Assembly (NCBI GenBank): GCA_046259385.1
Contig: JBJYWI010000006.1
Span: 25,617-89,616 of the forward strand
Direction of reading: 5' to 3'
Length of the DNA stretch: 64,000 nt
Origin: Anaerolineales bacterium
GTDB lineage: Bacteria > Chloroflexota > Anaerolineae > Anaerolineales > UBA4823
Below, piece by piece: positions 1 to 8,012 of this stretch (its first letter is position 1; each line of letters begins with the position of its first letter). The notes beneath the pieces were generated by a model. It saw nothing but the letters and a program-made list of their open reading frames with translations, was not told the origin of the DNA and did not search any database. The translations under genes and the position numbers were made by a program.

Positions 1-433
1 GGAATGGCAGTTCGATCTCAATTGAATGCTCGCTATCCCTAGCGACAGGAACAATCCTGATCCCGGAATTTGTCTCCAGGCTGGCGCTCAATTCCTCAAG
101 CGCATACCTATCAACCGGAATAATCCCCAATGGGGTTTCATATGCCGCGTGTTTTGTCGTCAGCAGCTCCTCATAATACGGATGGTGCATTGGTGAGACC
201 ACAACCACAACCTCCGGGGATATGCCCTTTAAAACGGCAAACGCATACCCGGCGACCTGACCTGAGTACAAGTGCCCGGCGTGCGGCGCCACTACTGCAA
301 CTACATCTCCCTCCAGCCTGGGTGCCCGTGCATTGTTGATATATCCATCCACCTCACTTGCCAGAACTCTGGGGTCTGAAGAATACCATTGTCCAGCAAT
401 CGGTGAAGGGCGGATATCCGTTTTCTCTTTCAT
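1..433 (-). CDS. MEMO1-family / AmmeMemoRadiSam system protein B, N-terminal part (runs off the window)
   Basis: Not in the ORF track. Hand translation of the minus strand from ATG 433-431 gives MKEKTDIRPSPIAGQWYSSDPRVLASEVDGYINNARAPRLEGDVVAVVAPHAGHLYSGQVAGYAFAVLKGISPEVVVVVSPMHH. This matches the family pattern AGxxY...APHAGxxYSG...SPxH. Confidence 0.7.
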   Translation of the reverse strand, partial: MKEKTDIRPSPIAGQWYSSDPRVLASEVDGYINNARAPRLEGDVVAVVAPHAGHLYSGQVAGYAFAVLKGISPEVVVVVSPMHHPYYEELLTTKHAAYETPLGIIPVDRYALEELSASLETNSGIRIVPVARDSEHSIEIELPF

Positions 434-715
434 GTTCCACTTCCTTTTTACATCCTGAATACACAAACTTTTGAATCTGAACAGTCAACCATTGTGATCT
501 TTATTTATGAAAAGACAATGACAGCTTGTCCCATAATAGATTCTAGCATACTCAACGCCTGGTGGAAAAGGTAACGAAGAGCAGAGGTATGAACCTTGCA
601 ACAAATATGTTAGCTCAGCGAAGATTTTTATAAGCGATTGGCAGAAAAGGTTTTTAAGATGCACAGGTATTACGCAGGCAATTAAATATATTTGTAGTTC
701 AGGAGAAAATGGTTT

Positions 716-1000
716 ATGGAAGATGCTTTCGCATATGTGATTAATAGAACCGCAAGCCTTTACCCGCCGACAGCTTGGAAAAAACTTACCCCACGGGAGC
801 GCGAGATAGCCAAAATTATCTGCCAAGCGAACGGCGGAAGGCTGATCACCAATCCCCAGATCGCGGATAAACTTGGAATCTCTCGTGAGACGGTAAAAAT
901 TCACATACGCAACATTCTCGACAAGTTTGATTTGCACAGTAAATCAGAGCTGCGGCAGACCCTGATAAGCTGGGAAATTGTTCATTACCCACGCCGGTAA
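716..1000 (+). CDS. Small LuxR/FixJ-type helix-turn-helix DNA-binding protein (94 aa, HTH domain only)
   Basis: LTPREREIAKII...TNPQIADKLGISRETVKIHIRNILDKFDLHSKSEL is a typical LuxR C-terminal HTH. AGGAG lies upstream of the ATG. Confidence 0.75.
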   Translation: MEDAFAYVINRTASLYPPTAWKKLTPREREIAKIICQANGGRLITNPQIADKLGISRETVKIHIRNILDKFDLHSKSELRQTLISWEIVHYPRR

Positions 1001-1084
1001 TACTCCATTCTACATGCTGCCGACCATCACTGTTGTATGTGCTAGTTGTGATATACTAACTTGACAATTAGAGCGAAAAAAGCA

Positions 1085-1402
1085 TTGAAGAGGAAGAGTA
1101 AACGCCGGAACGAAGGTACAGAGAGTGGACACCGGTGAAAGATCCACCCTTACGCCAGCGTTGAATGGACCTCTGAGCTGCAGGGTGAACACCCACCGGA
1201 AACGAACGTTCTCATTCGGCAGAAATGGGTCAGTATCCCGTGCCGGAATCGCCGCCGTTACCTGGCGCCAGTTGGAAGTTTATTCACGCTTGAAAAAGCG
1301 AATTGTGTGAATTTTAGAGTCCCTAAAATATAGAATAAATTTCCGAATTTAGTAGTGAAGCTGGCTCAATATCCCGTCGCATCACCGACGGGTTTATTCT
1401 TT
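1085..1402 (+). promoter_or_regulatory. T-box leader RNA with Trp (UGG) specifier, ending in an intrinsic terminator
   Basis: A GA/K-turn-like start TGAAGAGGAAGAGTA (about 1086-1100) can pair with CCTCTGAG (about 1171-1178). An AG-box AGAGAG sits at 1120-1125. The distal stem GTGGA(1126-1130)/TCCAC(1143-1147) has a loop containing GGTGAAAG. Lower helices are AACGC(1101-1105)/GCGTT(1158-1162). The specifier context is GAA-UGG-A with UGG at 1166-1168. A UGGC tetranucleotide (1362-1365) lies in a T-box-like sequence just 5' of the terminator. trpS is downstream. The 5' boundary is approximate. Confidence 0.75.
1373..1402 (+). terminator. Rho-independent terminator of the T-box leader
   Basis: Perfect 7-bp stem CCCGTCG(1373-1379)/CGACGGG(1386-1392), loop CATCAC, followed by TTTATTCTTT (1393-1402). 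Confidence 0.7.
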
Positions 1403-1439
1403 AAATGTACATTACTCAAACGATTTAAGGAGATATATT

Positions 1440-1691
1440 ATGCTGATGAAAATTGAATTAGTCTACTGTGCTGCTTGACATTACACTGATAGAGCTGTCA
1501 GTGTGATGGCCGATGTGTTAAACGAATTCGAATTTAAAATTGACTCAATCACCCTGGTGCCCTCAGATGGGGGCCGTTTCGAATTCACTGTAAATGGCGA
1601 TTTATTGTATTCAAAACTCAGGACAAACCGCCACGTTGACAAAGGTGAGATCAACAAACTGGTGCGCAATTATCTCAAGGAGAACGCATGA
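1440..1691 (+). CDS. SelW-like / Rdx-family selenoprotein (83 aa) with in-frame UGA (Sec) at 1476..1478
   Basis: AAGGAG (1427-1432) sits 7 nt before ATG 1440. Translation is MLMKIELVYCAAUHYTDRAVSVMADVLNEFEFKIDSITLVPSDGGRFEFTVNGDLLYSKLRTNRHVDKGEINKLV.... This shows a CxxU redox motif and the PSxGGxFEVxVxGxLxxSK pattern of the Rdx fold. The ORF track reports only the part after the TGA (1503..1691). Confidence 0.8.
1483..1504 (+). promoter_or_regulatory. Candidate bacterial SECIS hairpin for the SelW-like gene
   Basis: Perfect 7-bp stem ACACTGA(1483-1489)/TCAGTGT(1498-1504) with 8-nt loop TAGAGCTG. It begins 5 nt after the UGA. Confidence 0.5.
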
Positions 1692-2698
1692 AAGAACAGA
1701 AGAAAGGCAGGGTGTTTTCAGGAGCCAGACCAACAGGTAAACAGCATCTCGGAAATTATCTGGGTGCCATAAAGAATTATGTTGCCCTGCAGGATGAATA
1801 TGATTGCGTGTACTGCATTGTCGATATCCATGCCCTGACAACCGTCAAAACGACTGACGACATTAACCAGAACACGTATGAGATGGCTCTGGACTGGCTG
1901 GCGGCAGGCATCCGGCCTCAGGAGACGATCGTATTCATCCAATCCCAGGTTCCTGAAGTCACCGAACTGCACACTTTCTTCTCAATGGTCACACCGCTTG
2001 GAAAGCTGACCGATCTGCCGACATTCAAGGAGAAGGTCCGCCAGCAGCCTCACAACATTAATTACGGGCTGGTGGGATACCCCGTCCTGATGGCTGCCGA
2101 TATCGCGCTGTACAAAGCCGATGCTGTACCGGTAGGCGTAGACCAGGCTCCCCATCTCGAGTTCACCCGCGAGGTAGTGCGCTCATTCCACCACCGTTAC
2201 AATACGGATGTGCTGGTTGAGCCCAAGATGAAAGCGACTGAGATCCCCAAGGTGCTCGGAATCGATGGTAAAAATAAAATGAGCAAGAGTCTGGATAACC
2301 ATATTGAGCTGGCAGCCACCCCGGAGGAAACCACCCAGCGAGTAATGATGATGGTGACCGATCCCCAACGGAAGCGGCGCTCAGATCCCGGGGACCCTGA
2401 TGTATGCAATGTATTTTCAATGCATAAAATCTTCACACCGCAGGATGAAGTTGAAAATATTAACCGCGAATGCCGCCGGGCCGGGATAGGTTGCGTTGAC
2501 TGCAAACGAATATTTGCCCGCCACCTGAACAAACACCTCGAACCTTTCAGGGAGAAGCGTGCAGAATTGGCCCGTGATCCCAAAATGGTCTGGGACATCC
2601 TTGATGATGGTCAGAAACGCGCCAGCTTGATCGCCAGAGAGACTATCCGGGAAGTAAAACAGGCAATCGGTCTGCCCCTTCCGGATCAGCCGGATTAA
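1688..2698 (+). CDS. trpS: Tryptophan--tRNA ligase
   Basis: 336 aa. It has a class I HIGH-like motif (PTGKQHLGNYLGA) and KMSKS. The start ATG overlaps the stop of the upstream gene (ATGA at 1688-1691). Confidence 0.95.
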   Translation: MKEQKKGRVFSGARPTGKQHLGNYLGAIKNYVALQDEYDCVYCIVDIHALTTVKTTDDINQNTYEMALDWLAAGIRPQETIVFIQSQVPEVTELHTFFSMVTPLGKLTDLPTFKEKVRQQPHNINYGLVGYPVLMAADIALYKADAVPVGVDQAPHLEFTREVVRSFHHRYNTDVLVEPKMKATEIPKVLGIDGKNKMSKSLDNHIELAATPEETTQRVMMMVTDPQRKRRSDPGDPDVCNVFSMHKIFTPQDEVENINRECRRAGIGCVDCKRIFARHLNKHLEPFREKRAELARDPKMVWDILDDGQKRASLIARETIREVKQAIGLPLPDQPD

Positions 2699-2751
2699 GA
2701 AAAACAGCTGGTCTTTATTTTGATTTTTTCCGGTAAATGGCTTTTTATTGA

Positions 2752-3189
2752 ATGCGAGCTTTAGTTCAACGTGTGATAAATGGTCGGGTTTCCGTCTCTG
2801 GACAAACTGTCGCAGAGATAGGACCTGGTCTGGTGATATTACTTGGGGTCGGACCGCAGGATGGTGATGAACAGATCCGTTACCTGGTTGACAAGATCGC
2901 AAATTTGAGGATTTTTGAAGATCAGGACGGCAAAATCAACCGCTCCGTACTGGATATCGGGGGCGAGGTGCTGGTTGTTTCTCAATTCACTTTATATGCC
3001 GATACCCGTAAGGGAAGACGTCCTTCATTTACCAATGCCGCGCCTCCAGAGATTGCCCGTCCAATTGTAGAGCAATTTGCTGAATTAATGGAATCCAGAG
3101 GGGTCCCAACCCGTAAAGGAGAATTTGGCGCCCATATGCTGGTCGAGATTGCAAACGATGGACCGGTGACGATCTGGCTCGAACGCTAA
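2752..3189 (+). CDS. dtd: D-aminoacyl-tRNA deacylase
   Basis: 145 aa. MRALVQRV...GPGLVILLGV...SQFTLYADTRKGRRPSF is typical Dtd. Confidence 0.9.
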   Translation: MRALVQRVINGRVSVSGQTVAEIGPGLVILLGVGPQDGDEQIRYLVDKIANLRIFEDQDGKINRSVLDIGGEVLVVSQFTLYADTRKGRRPSFTNAAPPEIARPIVEQFAELMESRGVPTRKGEFGAHMLVEIANDGPVTIWLER

Positions 3190-3980
3190 AAAGGCTGTTG
3201 GATAGCCCAGGCTGAGAAAAACTCCTCCAGCGGGCCGCCCCTCTCGCCTCTCTTTGCCGGGTACACCCGGTGCAAACTCTCCTCTTTTAATATTACTTCA
3301 GGCACTTTCACCCTTCGTCCAGCCTCGATTGAAGCGCGCCTGATGAATAAAGCATGCTGTGTTTTATGGCACAAAGCAGCCTGGATTTTATTATTCAGAA
3401 CCGACCGGACATTTATCACAATATGGGCGGGGTCAGACCTGTTCAGGATGCGTGGCTTGGGGTGTTCCGGGTAAGCGGCAGCGACAGTATATAAAAAGAA
3501 CAGGCTGTCTTGGCTGGATGCAGCCACTAAACGAGAAGCTTTATTGCAGAGCAGGTGCGCTGGGTGCCCATACTCGCCGTTTGTGCCGTGCGAGATCAAA
3601 ATATCCACATCTCTCCGCTGAATCTGTTCAGCGACCTGAGCCGCTAACCGCGCCAGGTCGGTTGTGAATGGGTAAAGTGCCTGATCCGGTCCAACAACCG
3701 GGTCTGGATATCCCAGGTTTGTCAGGCTGCTACCACCCAGATTCTCAACTGCGCATGCCACTTCTTTCTCCCGCAGGCTCCCGAGTTCCTCCGGTAGGCA
3801 GAGCGGAGGGTCGCCACTTTCGCCCCCCTCACCTCTGGTGGCAATTAAATAATGAACCTCGACCTCCGATTGAGCTAGCAGCGCCAGCGCCCCCCCGGAC
3901 AGCATGGTTTCATCATCGGGATGCGCAAAAAAAGCCAGAACTTTCACGATCGAGGATATTAACACACATCCATAATTCAT
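3186..3980 (-). CDS. PIG-L/LmbE-family N-acetylglucosaminyl deacetylase
   Basis: VLAFFAHPDDETMLSGG motif (AHPDDE) and later conserved His residues. 264 aa. Confidence 0.8.
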   Translation of the reverse strand: MNYGCVLISSIVKVLAFFAHPDDETMLSGGALALLAQSEVEVHYLIATRGEGGESGDPPLCLPEELGSLREKEVACAVENLGGSSLTNLGYPDPVVGPDQALYPFTTDLARLAAQVAEQIQRRDVDILISHGTNGEYGHPAHLLCNKASRLVAASSQDSLFFLYTVAAAYPEHPKPRILNRSDPAHIVINVRSVLNNKIQAALCHKTQHALFIRRASIEAGRRVKVPEVILKEESLHRVYPAKRGERGGPLEEFFSAWAIQQPF

Positions 3981-4048
3981 TCAACTGCTAATTTCTTCAC
4001 ACCGAATTTTCAGTTTATAATTTGACGAATTTAGAATGAATACTGGCT

Positions 4049-5119
4049 ATGGATAACAAATCACCATCCGGGAGAACGATACGCCTGACCAGCCTGTCAG
4101 ATTGTGCGGGTTGAGCTTCAAAGCTGAGCGCTGAGGCTCTGGCGCAGGTGCTGCGCCCGCTGAAAGAGATATACCGATCATCTGATTTTCCGGAACTGCT
4201 GGTCGGCCTGGGCGAAACAGATGACGCCGCGGTCTGGCGTCTAGAGGACGACCGCGCCCTGGTTGCAACAACGGATTTTTTTACCCCTGTCGTAGATGAC
4301 CCCTATGACTATGGTGCTATCGCGGCTGCAAACGCGCTGTCGGACGTATATGCGATGGGTGGCCAGCCCTTCCTTGCTCTAAACGTCGCTGCGCTGCCGC
4401 CGGACCTTCCAGAGGAGATCAACGCTGAAATATTAAGGGGCGGCGCCGAAAAGGCTCGCGAAGCCGGAGTTGTGGTCGCCGGAGGCCACACGATCCAGGA
4501 CAAAGAGCCAAAATACGGCTTGATTGTGCTGGGGTTTGTGGACCCGGGAAAAATCATTACAAAAATGAACGCCAGACCAGGCGACAGTCTGGTTCTGAGC
4601 AAGCCAATCGGCACAGGGACAATCACCACCGCCCTCAAGCGCGGGATCGCTGAACCCGAACATGTGGAAAAGGTTGTGAGGTGGATGAAACGCCTGAATA
4701 AAACCACCTCGGAACTTGCAAGCAGGTTTGGTATCAAGTCCGGCACCGATATCACCGGTTTCAGTCTTCTCGGTCACGCTTATGAAATGGCATCAGCCTC
4801 GGGAGTCAGGTTCCGGTTTGACTTTGACAGCATCCCATTTTTCTCCGGTGCAACTGGGTATGCAAAAGAATGGGTTTTTCCTGGAGGGTCCTCTGATAAC
4901 CGGCTTTTCTATGGTAAGCATGTGGATTTTACTCCCACAATTGATGAGTCGTCACAGATGCTGTTGTTTGACGCTCAGACCAGCGGCGGCTTGCTGCTAT
5001 CTGTTCCTCCCGACCGGTTAATAAACCTGCTCCAGGCAGGGTCAGCTGCAGCCCAGGAAATGTGGCTGGTCGGGGAGGTAATCGAAGGCGTTGGAATTGA
5101 AGTCGTCAAGATTGGATAA
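4049..5119 (+). CDS. selD: Selenide, water dikinase (selenophosphate synthetase), Sec-containing form; UGA at 4112..4114
   Basis: The ORF track begins at 4148. The upstream frame is open to ATG 4049 except for one TGA. Translation is MDNKSPSGRTIRLTSLSDCAGUASKLSAEALAQVLRPLKE..., with U-x-x-K aligning to Cys17/Lys20 of the E. coli SelD glycine-rich loop. The rest is the canonical SelD/AIR-synthase-like fold (DDAAVW...TTDFFTPVVDDPYDYGAIAAANALSDVYAMGG). Confidence 0.85.
4127..4161 (+). promoter_or_regulatory. Candidate SECIS stem-loop for selD
   Basis: Upper stem GGCGCAG(4141-4147)/CTGCGCC(4151-4157) with loop GUG. Possible lower stem AGCG(4127-4130)/CGCT(4158-4161). The apical loop lies about 34-36 nt past the UGA. 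Confidence 0.45.
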
Positions 5120-6749
5120 GTATAGTCGCGCCCCGGTTTATGGGACCCGCGGCATGGTTGCGACATCTCAACCGCTAGCGGTCGCCGCCGGTCTCGAGAT
5201 CCTGTCAGGCGGCGGGAATGCCGCTGACGCAGCAGTTGCAGCTGCGGCCGCTCTGAACGTAACCGAACCCACCTCAACCGGTCTGGGCGGCGATTGTTTT
5301 GCCCTTTTTTATCAGGCTGGCTCCGGGGCGGTTTTTGCCCTTAACGGTTCCGGTCGAGCCCCAAAAGAGCTGACAATAAACCGCCTTCGCCGGGAGGGCT
5401 TTGACCGGGAACTGCCGCCTTTTCATCCCTACACGATAACAGTCCCGGGCGCGCCAGCCGGCTGGTGCGACCTGGTTGAACGATTCGGGCGGCTCTCGAT
5501 GAAGGAGGTCCTGAACCCGGCTATCCGATTGGCTGAAAACGGTTTCCCGGTCTCGCCGTTGACCGCCCACTTCTGGAAAATTGGCTTTGAAAAGCAGCTA
5601 AAAAAAGCTCCGGGCGGGTTGGAACTGACCATCGACGGTAAACCTCCCCAGCCGGGACAGTTATTTAAGAACCCCGGTTTAGCGCGCGCATTAAAAATCC
5701 TCGCCGCCGAGGGTAAGGACAGTTTTTACAACGGGCAGATCGGGCGCGCAGTCGTGCAAGTGGCTCGGGAGGCGGGCGGTTGTTTAAATGAAGAAGACCT
5801 TGCCGCTCACCGCAGCGACTGGGTGGCACCTGTAAGCACGACCTACCGCGGGCTGCGTGTCTGGGAATGCCCCCCAAACGGGCAGGGTTTGGCTGCCCTG
5901 CTGGCACTCAACATACTGGAGGGCTATGACCTGGGAACACTCGACCCACTTTCCACACAAAGGCTGCATCTTGAGATCGAAGCAATGCGGCTCGCATTTG
6001 CGGATGCGCGCTGGTATATTGCCGATCCTGAATTTAAACCGGCTCCGGTCGAGACTCTGCTCTCAAAAGATTACGCTCAACAGAGGCGCAGATTGATCAA
6101 CAGAGAGAAAGCTACCGTCAACCAGGTAAAAGGCAGCCCATTTATCTCTTCAGATACAGTTTACTTGAGTGTTGTAGATGGAGGCGGCAACGCCTGTTCT
6201 TTCATCAACAGCAATTATATGGGTTTCGGCACCGGCATTGTGCCTGCGGGCTGGGGATTCAGCCTGCAGAACCGCGGCGCGAACTTCAGCCTTGACCCTG
6301 CCCACCCGAATGCACTCGAGCCGGGTAAACGTCCATACCATACAATCATCCCCGGTCTGGTTACAATCCCAACTGAAGGAAAAAGTGGATCCGAAAAACT
6401 TGAAGAGCTGTATGCCTGTTTCGGGGTTATGGGTGGGTTTATGCAGCCCCAGGGGCATGTACAGGTGCTTACTGGTCTGATTGATGACAACCTCAACCCA
6501 CAATCTGCGCTTGACCGCCCCCGCTTCTGCATCATCAACGGCGAAGCCGGTGGTCCGGTTGCGCTTGAGCGTGGAATTCAGGCTGAGGTAGCCCGGAAGT
6601 TGTCAGAAATGGGGCACGATATAGAACCGGATTCGGAAGGATTGTTCCACCTATACGGCCTGGGACAGATCATCCTCAGAAATCCGAAGGATGGTGTGCT
6701 TTGCGCCGGGAGCGATCCAAGGGCAGATGGCTGCGCAATGACGTATTGA
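5091..6749 (+). CDS. ggt: Gamma-glutamyltransferase family protein (no obvious signal peptide)
   Basis: GMVATSQPLAVAAGLEIL, TSTGLGGDCFALFY and the nucleophile context SSDTVYLSVVDGGGNA. The start is uncertain (TTG 5091 to TTG 5112) and overlaps the selD 3' end. Confidence 0.85.
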   Translation: MELKSSRLDKYSRAPVYGTRGMVATSQPLAVAAGLEILSGGGNAADAAVAAAAALNVTEPTSTGLGGDCFALFYQAGSGAVFALNGSGRAPKELTINRLRREGFDRELPPFHPYTITVPGAPAGWCDLVERFGRLSMKEVLNPAIRLAENGFPVSPLTAHFWKIGFEKQLKKAPGGLELTIDGKPPQPGQLFKNPGLARALKILAAEGKDSFYNGQIGRAVVQVAREAGGCLNEEDLAAHRSDWVAPVSTTYRGLRVWECPPNGQGLAALLALNILEGYDLGTLDPLSTQRLHLEIEAMRLAFADARWYIADPEFKPAPVETLLSKDYAQQRRRLINREKATVNQVKGSPFISSDTVYLSVVDGGGNACSFINSNYMGFGTGIVPAGWGFSLQNRGANFSLDPAHPNALEPGKRPYHTIIPGLVTIPTEGKSGSEKLEELYACFGVMGGFMQPQGHVQVLTGLIDDNLNPQSALDRPRFCIINGEAGGPVALERGIQAEVARKLSEMGHDIEPDSEGLFHLYGLGQIILRNPKDGVLCAGSDPRADGCAMTY

Positions 6750-6823
6750 CCCTTGAATGCAGGTTTGGAAATTTAACGAAAATTCTATTTTTACCAGAAA
6801 TCACACCACCTCAGAAACATAAT

Positions 6824-7591
6824 TCACTTGAAGTAACGAATAAAAACCTCTTTGAAAGGCATGTCGCTTCTCTCTAAAGCCCCCAGCTCCTTGTTGGAGT
6901 CATAAGTCACCCATTTGCGGGTGATATACCATTTGTCTTCTTCATGCGTAAAAATTGTATACCGAGCCCGGGGGTCAAAATCAACACCGGGCATGCTGCA
7001 GGGCGCAACATCCACCAGGCGCAGATCGCCCCACATGCGCTCAAAAGTGTAATGGAAATGACCGAACGCAAGAATCTCAGCTTTCACGCCAGATAAAACC
7101 GAAGCCATTTCCGGATCATCGTCCGGCTGCCGAATTTCTTCCCACAGCATTTTCTGTTCCATTTCTGCCGGCAGTATCATCAATTCATTATTGCTGGGGT
7201 TTGCATGCACTACCTGAAGACCCCCATTTTTGGGGCTGGACGGCTGGTATTTGAGTTCAAAGGGCAGCGCTTTCAGCCAGTTCATATGATCCCGGGACAA
7301 CTTTTTGAGCACCCAGAGAGCCACCGGATGGACTCTGTCCCACATATCTTTGTGCAACTGGTCTGGAGGCACCTGGTCAGGACAAAAAAGATATTCCTCG
7401 GTATTGCCAAACACAGCCTGTACGCCGGACTCCGCCAGCATGTCCACGCATGCCCCCGGGTCGCTCCCACCCAAGCACAGGTCGCCGGCTGCAGCCACCG
7501 CATCGCATTCGCCTTCCTTCCGGATTGCCTGAAGTACAGCTTGGCAGGCGTATGGGTTGCCGTGTATATCCGAAAACACAATGATCCTCAA
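6824..7591 (-). CDS. Calcineurin-like metallophosphoesterase
   Basis: MRIIVFSDIHGN, GDLCLGG, FGNTE and GHFH motifs. Confidence 0.8.
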   Translation of the reverse strand: MRIIVFSDIHGNPYACQAVLQAIRKEGECDAVAAAGDLCLGGSDPGACVDMLAESGVQAVFGNTEEYLFCPDQVPPDQLHKDMWDRVHPVALWVLKKLSRDHMNWLKALPFELKYQPSSPKNGGLQVVHANPSNNELMILPAEMEQKMLWEEIRQPDDDPEMASVLSGVKAEILAFGHFHYTFERMWGDLRLVDVAPCSMPGVDFDPRARYTIFTHEEDKWYITRKWVTYDSNKELGALERSDMPFKEVFIRYFK

Positions 7592-7674
7592 AGTTTTGCC
7601 TCTCTTCTGTCAATTATACAAACCGGGCATCTCAGCAATGTGCGATGCCCGGTTATATTACTGTTTTGATCTGA

Positions 7675-7932
7675 CTATGCTTCCGCTTCAACCACCTGGA
7701 TATCCGGAAAGAACTGGTGGACTGTCCCTTCGATCCATCCATGAAGAGTGACCGGCGACAGCGGGCAGCCCTCACACGCCCCCAGCAGCCTCACCTTTAA
7801 GACCTTCTCCCTTAGCGAGACCATCTCAACCGAGCCGCCGTGATAATGTTCGATATAAGCGCTGATCTTTTCAATCAGAACCTTAAGTCGTTCTTCCTCT
7901 GAGGACTCCTGAGACAGATTATTATCTTTCAT
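7675..7932 (-). CDS. NifU C-terminal domain (Nfu-like) Fe-S scaffold protein
   Basis: HGGSVEMVSL...VRLLGACEGCPLSPVTL with the CxxC motif. 85 aa. Confidence 0.75.
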   Translation of the reverse strand: MKDNNLSQESSEEERLKVLIEKISAYIEHYHGGSVEMVSLREKVLKVRLLGACEGCPLSPVTLHGWIEGTVHQFFPDIQVVEAEA

Positions 7933-8012
7933 CCCTTATGCTCCCATTTTCAGGTTAGAAAAGTATTATACCCTGATAACAAGAGCAGCAATAAAAAAAT
8001 CTGCAGTGGAAG

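Noticed and set aside
130-339. 69-aa plus-strand ORF
   Set aside because: It is antisense to the clearly coding MEMO-family gene (1..433, minus strand). It is Pro/Arg-rich with no recognisable motif.
485-937. 150-aa minus-strand ORF
   Set aside because: It overlaps the LuxR-type gene on the opposite strand and extends into AT-rich intergenic DNA. It has no motifs and its composition is implausible.
1010-1310. Small ORFs on both strands (1010..1192 minus, 1125..1310 plus)
   Set aside because: They lie within the structured T-box leader. The RNA features explain the region better.
4047-4271. 74-aa minus-strand ORF
   Set aside because: It is antisense to the SelD N-terminus, which aligns well to the family once the UGA is read as Sec.
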